In this document: positions 38,001 to 45,194 of the stretch, in pieces | Numbering within the stretch: position 1 is the first letter of the stretch | Layout of the letters: every line of letters starts with the position of its first letter | From: an uncultured Candidatus Saccharibacteria bacterium | Lineage (GTDB): Bacteria; Patescibacteriota; Doudnabacteria; UBA920 | Direction: 5' to 3' | Assembly (NCBI GenBank): GCA_964536745.1 | Contig: CAZHYL010000006.1 | Span: 1 to 54,551, forward strand | DNA: 54,551 nt | Notes under the pieces: model-generated | Databases searched by the model: none | Told to the model about the DNA's origin: nothing | Seen by the model: the letters and a program-made list of their open reading frames with translations, nothing else | Program-made: the position numbers and the translations under genes

Positions 38001-39585
38001 AGACTGGCATGGTGTGGGCAGGAATTTTCATGGCAAGGAGTTGCAGCAGTGGCATATTTTGGACAAGAAAAGCGGTAATGTTTCGATTGATGTTCATAAT
38101 ATGATGAACAATGTTAACAAGAATATTGACCTAAATAATACAATCAATTGGGATAAAACTACAGATCCAAAGATGAATGAATTACTTTCAGAGATGCGTT
38201 CAGCAAAACAAGCTGGGAATTTGCACGAGCATATGCAAGTTCGAATTTTCCCAACCGTCGAAATGTACAATACTGGTAATGGCATTAATGTTGGTCATAT
38301 CGATGAAACTGGTCGCCTAGTTTTAGATGATGAGATGCGCAATTATGTTTTTGACGGCAATGGCAAACAGATGGCGCGAGCTATTGAAGTTGGTTATTTA
38401 GATGATCGTGGTGGTTATCATACCTTAAATACCGCTGTTGGTAGTGGGGAAGTAGGACCTCCTCCAATAGATGATGTTATTTTAGAAGAGCTAAAACCAG
38501 CTAATTATGATTTCTTCACAGCCTTGATACCTCCTTATAGACCAGTCCATGGTAGGGAAGGGGATAAAGAAAAAGGTAAAGATGAAGACAAGAAACCATC
38601 AGGTGATTCTAAGAATAAAAAAGAAGCAAGAATAATCAATCAGAAAGATTATGTAAAGGAAAAGGTAATTGGCTATTTTGATAAAGATTCTAAGCTAGCA
38701 AAGTCAGAAGATCTTACAAAGCAAATTGATAGTCTTTCCGAAAAAGATAAAGAAAAGCTCTCCGTTAACCTTGAACATATTAGAATTGATTCCGATAGCG
38801 AGCACTTGCTAAAAGATCCTGAGTTTGTCGGCAAGTTAATTGCTTTTACAAAAGATCTCGACCCATGGGTCATAAAGGGAGGCTATACAGTTGTGTTTAT
38901 GGATAAGAATAAAGATTTGCAAGTCAGTGGAAAAATTTTACAAGTAAATGCTAAGGCAGAGCTAATTAATTGGAGATTTGGTATTGCTGCTGCTAAAAGG
39001 ATTTTAGAGAAAAAGGGTGAGAAGCCTTTGGATTCAGAAAAAACTACAGATGAACCTAAAGAAACAGGCGAAGTGAAAGAGGAAGATAAAGATGATGAAA
39101 ATCGTCCAAAATGGGCTAAGAATAAGTTGGCTTGGAAACAGTTATTTGTTTGGGATAGGAATCATCAGAATGGGTTATTAGCTGATATTAATGACAATCA
39201 ACTTAAAGAAAAAATTGAAAAATCTTTCACTGAAGTAGAGAAGTTTAAAGATTTGGATGAATTAGTAGTGAAGTCAATCTTTGCAGATTTAGTTAAAAAA
39301 CGATCCAAAGCAGTGGATACTAAGCAGACTCGGATGTATGATCTTATTATTGATAGCATCATAAAGCTACCTGGTTTAACCACTGACAAGAGTAAGCAAT
39401 TAGAAAAGTATTACGATGAAGTTAGACGTAATATGAATAAGGGCGGAGTGAAGAAGAATAAAGGTGAAAAGAATAGCGGAGACACTAAAGATTCAGGTAA
39501 TGATGCTGATAAGAGAATTAAGGTAAATAATCGCGCCCAAAGAGATAAGAAGAAAAAAGAAAGTTTAGCTAAGGGGCGCAAATAA
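35035..39585 (+). CDS. 1516-aa hypothetical protein: coiled coils, two Gly/Ala-rich hydrophobic blocks, charged C-terminus
   Basis: Uninterrupted ORF starting 2 nt after the upstream stop. No recognised domain. Confidence 0.8.
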   Translation: MEKQPDQTPPTPLTPDKGFEETFNNPEAAKQAGETAEAQQLREQKEQVEKQREEIKQALEKSIVTLKKFLEDNKEKLSDLERAKIEWAVNSAENAKKESLDKDDDEYLVKILKPDGSVTKDAEGNEIQRKEGVPVDGLKEALDLVAEVQKSSKEQKELASDKIKQANEVLEYLKTQDGLGITKRENLQNFLDKNAPELKSDLENLVTEWLKHDQDPSGQHHNEVADSGEYNFKFYLAQLAEASRQLQSKYQEQANTPELTLALTPEELSKIRETLQNSSKDYFETHYAKKHGLGLTKEESDQQHLFTEREAGFIDEDTDLRLILESKYQDQIPKYSELSRPEQNYQLAMLALRDREVLEMPKVPEAAAEPEPNPELIQPTQEQTPEEVKKILLINIDEIAKSMAWRKAEHKLNEFFRNSGYLKKVWKSFSEDYYRVKYYQEALKEITTNNSLLEAIRGRLEGQKVASTNPELKDYFQLLDQIIEQYEQNLVNTGEKGSELGQTPEVADLVARMISAHASGDIRQWQALGAEYADPGMDERARVELFVRNEIAPKISGANWGNQPAGKVGRFSKWMNRGKGEPSDKSIYANNLWKIAEQYKAGQEKQRADYMKWTEGELTPEQKAELEAKLAEHMKGVRELDIQLGTKERDLYNNKPKGVLKLYEKVLDAAEGKWYGKLLANPLTIGIGTALASRGTMSALRYGGIAAGSVAGVALSPYILPIIAGGLAGGAYRAFRTNKDLKYDLARERRNETLGGDKSLLLNERGGLRYGGMGYNEALGALNRFQGRDFASLSDDEKQGIAELKAMRDFEKQTGNKVDLFFADDESGSKTGSVIGLRNQLDLALRQWESQVDQAAVSSAMNRLKGEVDKTDKAEKSFRHRRAAVSGTVGAVVGMGAGLAAQEGIYILGRNLGLMETNRSSALEYIADKYTGSAEHSWNSFVGRANNLTVEGDPYVFVDPATGTKYTAEQALALKSSRPKFNIEDLKREDWHGVGRNFHGKELQQWHILDKKSGNVSIDVHNMMNNVNKNIDLNNTINWDKTTDPKMNELLSEMRSAKQAGNLHEHMQVRIFPTVEMYNTGNGINVGHIDETGRLVLDDEMRNYVFDGNGKQMARAIEVGYLDDRGGYHTLNTAVGSGEVGPPPIDDVILEELKPANYDFFTALIPPYRPVHGREGDKEKGKDEDKKPSGDSKNKKEARIINQKDYVKEKVIGYFDKDSKLAKSEDLTKQIDSLSEKDKEKLSVNLEHIRIDSDSEHLLKDPEFVGKLIAFTKDLDPWVIKGGYTVVFMDKNKDLQVSGKILQVNAKAELINWRFGIAAAKRILEKKGEKPLDSEKTTDEPKETGEVKEEDKDDENRPKWAKNKLAWKQLFVWDRNHQNGLLADINDNQLKEKIEKSFTEVEKFKDLDELVVKSIFADLVKKRSKAVDTKQTRMYDLIIDSIIKLPGLTTDKSKQLEKYYDEVRRNMNKGGVKKNKGEKNSGDTKDSGNDADKRIKVNNRAQRDKKKKESLAKGRK

Positions 39586-39586
39586 A

Positions 39587-39620
39587 AAAACAGACCAGAG
39601 TTTTTAGGCTCTGGTCTTGT
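39587..39620. terminator. Bidirectional terminator
   Basis: AGACCAGAG-TTTTTAGG-CTCTGGTCT between convergent genes. Confidence 0.7.
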
Positions 39621-39656
39621 TAATTGTCGACCCAATTGTCGACAGGTTATGAAAAT

Positions 39657-40364
39657 TTACGAATTGTTCTGAGTGCCGCCACCGGTCTGCGGGTTGTTGG
39701 CAGGCGGGTTTGCGGGCGGGGTCCGACGAACAACCGGAGTATTCGGGTTTTCGATACCCAAATGTTGGCGGAGATCTGCAAAGAAGTTGTTCTGGGCAGC
39801 GCGATGTGTTGCGTTACGCCGATTTTCTTCTTCCATCTCTTCTTGGATGTTACGTGCTCTGCCGTTGAGCGTCCATCCCTGTGCTCTGCCGAACAGGCTC
39901 AGGATGACAAGGATGACAAGGAGAGCGATTACCCACCAAAGCCGATCAGCAATGGTCGCTACCAAACTACCGATACCCCCGAGGAAATCTTTCGGAGTTC
40001 CGTCGGGATTTTTGAACGATGCTTGTAGGATATTACGAATTTCCGTCAGAAGACCGTTGGTCTTCTTGACTTCTTCCGTGTTTTCCTTCACTGCCGCCGT
40101 GTTGTCTTTCACTGCGGCTGTGGTGTTTTTCTCTTCGTTCGCTATGTTGTCGAGCCTCGACGTGATACACGTCGGGCAATTGTTGGCCGGAGCCGATTTC
40201 TTCGGAGCGGTCTTCTTCGGAGCGGTCTTCTTCGGCGTCGGGCAGCTCGGAGTCGGCGCGGCTTTCACCACACCTTTCTCGTCCTGCGCCGAAATCGACG
40301 CGAACGAACCTAAACCCAAAACCAAAGCGATGACAAAGACGATCGAAAATGCAAAATTTTTCAT
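39657..40364 (-). CDS. Orphan exported/membrane protein with PKKTA and heptad repeats, GC-rich
   Basis: Signal peptide, 15-nt tandem repeat at 40198-40235, NTAAVK(D/E) heptads, one TM, AAGGAGG SD. Confidence 0.75.
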   Translation of the reverse strand: MKNFAFSIVFVIALVLGLGSFASISAQDEKGVVKAAPTPSCPTPKKTAPKKTAPKKSAPANNCPTCITSRLDNIANEEKNTTAAVKDNTAAVKENTEEVKKTNGLLTEIRNILQASFKNPDGTPKDFLGGIGSLVATIADRLWWVIALLVILVILSLFGRAQGWTLNGRARNIQEEMEEENRRNATHRAAQNNFFADLRQHLGIENPNTPVVRRTPPANPPANNPQTGGGTQNNS

Positions 40365-40550
40365 AACTGTATTTGGCCCTCCTTAGGCCCTGGACTGTTT
40401 AGGTCCAGTTTGATTGAATTTGTTGTTGATTTTTGTTGATTTTTACGGGCTCGGGCGGCCCAACGATTTAGGCACGCGCCTTTTAACCCGATTTCTGCAA
40501 ACTTACGAATAATCCCAAGTTCGCAAAAATCGAGTCAAAATTGACCCTAT

Positions 40551-40579
40551 AATATAGCATAGAATCTATTTTTTGTCAA
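40551..40579 (-). promoter_or_regulatory. Promoter of the 39657 orphan
   Basis: Minus strand TTGACA-17nt-TATATT with TG extension. Confidence 0.7.
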
Positions 40580-40633
40580 GGCTGGCTGACAAAAGCCTAA
40601 AAATGCATATAAATATGGTAAAATTAAGTAAAT

Positions 40634-41878
40634 ATGGAAAATAAAAAAGAAGGCTTATCTGATACTAGCCTTCAATCAGAAACAAAATTAACCCCTGCTC
40701 AAGAAATAGCTAAGCTAAACCAGGAAACTGTTCAGAATACCATGAATCGCAGGGAATTCTTTGCCAAGTTTATTGGTAAAGAGTCTAAGGAGCAAACCGA
40801 CCAAGAATTATCAAAGGTTCGTGGGGATCTTCAAGAGCTTAATCAAGATTCAGAAAAACCAGAGGAATTTCCTTCGGATGAAATAAGTTCTGATGAGCCG
40901 GCTAAAAAAACCAAGTGGCTTTTTACTCGTCGAAATATGATTGGTGCTTTGTTGGTTGGAGTAATCGCGTTTAAGTGGGATTTCGTGAGAAGATTTTTGC
41001 ATCAATGGGAAAGAAAAGAATATCCAAAAGGGCTTGCTGGTGTTATTGAAGGAATTAAAGATGAGTATCCTCATGTGGACCAAGAAGCAGATCCAGAAAT
41101 GTGGAGTAGAGAAATTGAAAATGCCTTTCCAGCTTCAGGTTTACCAAGAACTACAGAAAATTTAGGAACAGTCCTATCGCTAATTACAGCAGAAAGTGGT
41201 TTTCGCAGTGTCCCAAGAGCATATGACCAATTTGACGTAGATAATTATTTTGATGAAGAAGGTTTGCCTTTGGTGGATGCACCCTCAACTGGTGGTCCAA
41301 TGGAATTAGCTTATCAGCATGTTGTAGAATCCGAGCAAGTAACCTTGAAAGAAGCTATGGAGTTAATGAGTCGTGTTCCTGAAGGGTTGACTCATAGTTT
41401 TCGTCATTTGAACACAGTTATTCAAGCTTATCAAGAGGTTAGCGATTTGGAATTACGGCTAAAGTGTATCTTTGCTGACTGGAATAGTGGCACATATAGT
41501 AGCAGGAATGCTGGGGTGCAGCGAGTTGTTTCGGAATTGAGCGGGCAGAAATTAAATTATGATGGGTTGATTGGTGAAAAAACCAAGAGCGCTGTGAGGG
41601 ATCTGTTAGCGAAAAATAACATCACAGTAGATACTTTAGAGGAAGATCTTAAGTGGAATAGGGCAGAGAGGTTTAAGAGTTCTAATACATGGAAAGCTCT
41701 AGAGACATTATATAATGGGCCAATAACTCCTGTAGTAGCAGATACACCAGTACTTGGTTTGTACGGCTGGACAAAAGAAGTTACTACAGGGATTAGTAGT
41801 TCTGGAGAGTTTGCAGATGCTAGGTATGAAGAGTATCAGAAAATCTCAAAGTTGATGGAAAAGTTTGGAGTTAACTAA
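40634..41878 (+). CDS. DUF1615 (YaiW-like) domain protein, N-terminally membrane-anchored
   Basis: LITAESGF, TGGPMEL, FADWNSGTYSSRNAGVQ, LNYDGLIG match DUF1615 motifs as I recall them. Confidence 0.72.
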   Translation: MENKKEGLSDTSLQSETKLTPAQEIAKLNQETVQNTMNRREFFAKFIGKESKEQTDQELSKVRGDLQELNQDSEKPEEFPSDEISSDEPAKKTKWLFTRRNMIGALLVGVIAFKWDFVRRFLHQWERKEYPKGLAGVIEGIKDEYPHVDQEADPEMWSREIENAFPASGLPRTTENLGTVLSLITAESGFRSVPRAYDQFDVDNYFDEEGLPLVDAPSTGGPMELAYQHVVESEQVTLKEAMELMSRVPEGLTHSFRHLNTVIQAYQEVSDLELRLKCIFADWNSGTYSSRNAGVQRVVSELSGQKLNYDGLIGEKTKSAVRDLLAKNNITVDTLEEDLKWNRAERFKSSNTWKALETLYNGPITPVVADTPVLGLYGWTKEVTTGISSSGEFADARYEEYQKISKLMEKFGVN

Positions 41879-41882
41879 AATT

Positions 41883-41915
41883 AAAACGGGCTAGTTGAGT
41901 ACTCAACTGCCCGTT
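41883..41915. terminator. Bidirectional terminator
   Basis: AACGGGC-(T)-AGTTGAGTACTCAACT-GCCCGTT, overlapping the stop of the 41903 gene. Confidence 0.75.
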
Positions 41916-42214
41916 CTTCGTTTCCATAACCTCATTGTTTGGTATCCGGCTTCCTTGGCGAGCCAAGGAGCTGTCGTTATCAAACCCATGGTTAAGAGAT
42001 TCATTGCAATCCTTTCGATCTCTGGCGCTTCGTAGGCACGAAACGGCATCACGAGCTTGGTGGTGATTACCAAAGTGGTAATCGTTCCCAATGCCAGGTA
42101 GAGCAGATAAAGCACTGCCCAGAGATACGCTAATGGCGATCCGACTTTGTTGACGAAGCCAATAACGAAGGAAAACATCAAGAATAATAGAATTACTGTG
42201 TATTCTTTAGTCAT
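41903..42214 (-). CDS. Small 2-3 TM orphan membrane protein
   Basis: AAGGAGG SD, own promoter, basic C-terminus. Confidence 0.65.
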   Translation of the reverse strand: MTKEYTVILLFLMFSFVIGFVNKVGSPLAYLWAVLYLLYLALGTITTLVITTKLVMPFRAYEAPEIERIAMNLLTMGLITTAPWLAKEAGYQTMRLWKRRTGS

Positions 42215-42260
42215 TTTGGCCTCCTTGCCATATTCTTTGTTAGATTTTTGTATTCGCTAA

Positions 42261-42326
42261 ATTCTACCAGTTTTAGGTAGTTTTGTCAAGGTGTATATTG
42301 ACAAAACCCTTTAAATATGCTATATT
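42261..42326. promoter_or_regulatory. Back-to-back divergent promoters
   Basis: Minus TTGACA-17-TAGAAT (42261-42289) and plus TTGACA-17-TATATT (42298-42326), both with TG extension. Confidence 0.8.
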
Positions 42327-42407
42327 ACTTCGTTATCATAATATTTTGGTAATCCCCGAAAGGGGCCACATTGTCAATAAAAAAGAGGAATTTTAGAGGA
42401 AAAAAGG

Positions 42408-44348
42408 ATGAAAGAATTTCGTCAGATAGGCGACGGCACAAACGGTGCGTCGCGGTTTGAGCTGCTTTGGGCGAAGGTATTGTTTGCCTTCACCTTCTAT
42501 GTGGCTCCCTGGCTTTTTACAGCCAGTGCGGTCTTGGTTTTTATCTTGCTACCAATGGTGGTATGGATTTCCGCTGGAATCTCTACTTTGGTGTGGATGA
42601 TTCTGGGAGTCTATACGCTCCTGTTCGGTGCAAGTTATCTATTCAGTTACTTGTACCGTCACCCCGACCATAAAGTATTTGCTGGTCGCCAGTGGCTTCA
42701 TACGCCGGTGGTGGCTGTGCTTAATTTCTTGATGGGATGGATCCGTAAGGGTCACAATTTACTTTTTCATGAGGCGAAGCGAGTTAGTATTTTTCTCGTG
42801 CGAAAGAAGAAGGAATTGCTAATTTGGTCTGCCAAGAAGTTTTTGGCTGCACCATTAAAGTCAAGAATTTTTGTCACAGTTGGTGTCGCGATGATTTTAG
42901 TGCCTGCTACGATGTATGTTTTGGTAGGAACTTACGTGGAAGTGAAAAATAAGCTTCCGTACGGCGCCAACCGGATGCAATTGACCGATGCTGAGGTGGA
43001 AGAGCGAACTCAAATTGCTATCCAAGCTATGGATTGGGCAGTGTGGGGTCAATCTGATATCGACGCAAAGATTGCTTGCATGGACAAGTACAGGGATCTG
43101 ATTTACCGGTCTGCTAAGCAGAACGGCATTAGCCAAACAAAGCTCGAAGCTCTGATTTTTGTTGAAAGCGGTTGCGATGCAAAAGCTTACAATAGTGATA
43201 GCGGAGCAGCTGGTCTTGCCCAGATTCTGGTTAGCACTGGGCGAGAGCTTGGGCTGATAGATTCAGCTTACAAGATTCAGCCTCCGGCTAAAGCTGATCC
43301 GAAGAAAGATCGTCGCTACGATCCGAACTTCGCGATTCCTGCGGCTGCGAAATTCATCGCATCGCGCCAGAAGTATTGGGGCGATGAGATCTTGGCGTTC
43401 GAAGAGTACCATTTGGGACAAGGAAACTTCCGCGTCCTGATTAGTACTTATCTCGACGAAACCAATCCCACTTGGCGCGAAAAGTATCCAAAGACTTTTT
43501 CGCAAACCGCTGATCCCGATCGGGTTATTCCGAGGGCTATGTCGGACTATAAGCTGACCTACTTCAGCATCTTCTTCCGCAGAACTCCCAAGCACACGCC
43601 CAAAACGAGTGCATTTCTGCTCCAGAAAAGCGACTTCACCACGACATACATCTTCTCGATATTGTCGGCGGAAAAAGGTTTCGCGCTGAAGGCTTCGAAT
43701 CCCACTGAGTTTGCGAAGTTCCTTGAAAGTCAGAGGGAGCCAAGCGGGGACGTTGCTACTAATCGTTTTCGAACTGCTTATGCAGACAAGGAAGCGACCT
43801 ATAATACGGTTGCAGATTTGGAGAAGGCGATTTCGCGTGGCGAGATTGTGCCCGTACCTCTCAAAGGTATGGGGTACTCGCTTCGTATTGAGGGTAACAA
43901 CCCTATCGGTGAATGTGACCTCTCTAATCAGAAGAGCTATTTGTATACTTGGAAGTCCACTGCTGGACTTTTGATGTATCTGACGGCTCGGATGAAGGAG
44001 TTGGGTGCTCAGGACGTTGAGATTACTGGCTTGGTTCGGACCAATAAGAAATGGTATGAGCCGGTCAATGGTCAAAAGCCTTGCTTGACGAATACGCAAC
44101 CGAGAACTCACGTGATCGGCGCGGCATTCGATATAGGGATTAACATCAATGGCAAACGGATGAGTAAGAAAACCGAAGATATCTTGAGGTTTATGCTTGC
44201 CGATATGCTTATTGGTGGCCAGCTTAGCTGGATTCCCGAAGGCTATGCATTCCACGTTGTGGTTATGCCTGATGCTGCGCAAAATTACGAGCAGGTTTAC
44301 GACTCTGTGATGGGGGGAGCTTCGCCGCTCCCAACTGCTACAGAGTAA
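42408..44348 (+). CDS. Membrane-anchored lytic transglycosylase (SLT) fused to an M15-like Zn-peptidase (DUF5715-like) domain
   Basis: LIFVESG, GAAGLAQI, YDPNFAIPAAAKFI, YHLG. C-terminal GLVRT, HVIGAAFD (HxxxxxxD), FHV. Confidence 0.8.
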   Translation: MKEFRQIGDGTNGASRFELLWAKVLFAFTFYVAPWLFTASAVLVFILLPMVVWISAGISTLVWMILGVYTLLFGASYLFSYLYRHPDHKVFAGRQWLHTPVVAVLNFLMGWIRKGHNLLFHEAKRVSIFLVRKKKELLIWSAKKFLAAPLKSRIFVTVGVAMILVPATMYVLVGTYVEVKNKLPYGANRMQLTDAEVEERTQIAIQAMDWAVWGQSDIDAKIACMDKYRDLIYRSAKQNGISQTKLEALIFVESGCDAKAYNSDSGAAGLAQILVSTGRELGLIDSAYKIQPPAKADPKKDRRYDPNFAIPAAAKFIASRQKYWGDEILAFEEYHLGQGNFRVLISTYLDETNPTWREKYPKTFSQTADPDRVIPRAMSDYKLTYFSIFFRRTPKHTPKTSAFLLQKSDFTTTYIFSILSAEKGFALKASNPTEFAKFLESQREPSGDVATNRFRTAYADKEATYNTVADLEKAISRGEIVPVPLKGMGYSLRIEGNNPIGECDLSNQKSYLYTWKSTAGLLMYLTARMKELGAQDVEITGLVRTNKKWYEPVNGQKPCLTNTQPRTHVIGAAFDIGININGKRMSKKTEDILRFMLADMLIGGQLSWIPEGYAFHVVVMPDAAQNYEQVYDSVMGGASPLPTATE

Positions 44349-44377
44349 GTGCATCTCTTCTTTCATCCTCACCATTT

Positions 44378-44417
44378 AGAAGCGTGTTCGACATTTTGTT
44401 GGACGCGCTTCTTTTTT
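44378..44417 (+). terminator. Terminator after the SLT gene
   Basis: AGAAGCGTGTTCGAC...GTTGGACGCGCTTCT-TTTTT. Confidence 0.7.
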
Positions 44418-44534
44418 ATGTAAAAATATTTGCTTTATTTATAAGGTGTGTTATAATTTTAGCGATAGATTCTGTTTGAAATCCAAACAAAATTAAAAAT
44501 AAAAATAACTAAAACAAAAACAAGTAATAATTTC

Positions 44535-45173
44535 ATGGATAAAAATGCAAATTTGGCTTTGATTGTGCAAATGATTGAGGCTGCCGAGAAAAATATACAA
44601 TCTGCCAAGCATTTACTTAGGGAAATGGCTGGTGGCACTATACCAAAATCTTCGACTAACTTTGCCGAAAAAGCTAGTTCTCTTGGTATTGGCGATGGTG
44701 GGAAAATTGTAGAAGGGGTGTTTGATGGCCAGAATATGATAGGTTCGGATAAAAAACAGTACCCTGTACCAGCAAACTATGCTTCTAAATCTAAACTTAT
44801 TGAAGGAGATGTCTTGAAACTGACAATCGGAGATGATGGCTCGTTCATTTATAAGCAGATTGGACCAATTGATAGACGAAAAGTTATTGGTGTATTAATG
44901 CAAGATGAAAACGGTGATTATAAAGTTATTGCAGAAGGTAAAACATATCGAGTACTGCTTGCCTCGCTAACTTATTTTAAAGCCGAAGCCGGAGATGAGG
45001 TTACCATCGTGGTCCCACAAGAAGGGGAAGCACAATGGGCAGCGGTTGAAAATGTAATCAAGCATGCTTCTGGAATGGCTGTAGATAATCCAGGTTCTCC
45101 TTCCAGTTCCTATGACGAGGATATGGAAGCAGATAGCTTGGCTCAACCAGAAGTAGAAAACGAAGAATTTTAA
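44535..45173 (+). CDS. Hypothetical protein (N-terminal coiled coil, beta-barrel-like core, acidic tail)
   Basis: EGVFDGQNMIG, YPVPANYASKSKLIEGD, YKQIGP. I recall this as conserved in CPR, unverified. Confidence 0.75.
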   Translation: MDKNANLALIVQMIEAAEKNIQSAKHLLREMAGGTIPKSSTNFAEKASSLGIGDGGKIVEGVFDGQNMIGSDKKQYPVPANYASKSKLIEGDVLKLTIGDDGSFIYKQIGPIDRRKVIGVLMQDENGDYKVIAEGKTYRVLLASLTYFKAEAGDEVTIVVPQEGEAQWAAVENVIKHASGMAVDNPGSPSSSYDEDMEADSLAQPEVENEEF

Positions 45174-45194
45174 TTATAATTTATACAATTTAAG

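Noticed and set aside
43263-44375. 370-aa antisense ORF over the SLT gene (likewise 39673-40386, 10288-10758, 10755-11447, 14814-15437)
   Set aside because: Shadow ORFs expected from codon bias. They lack SD/promoter support and protein-like motifs, while the opposite strand has them.
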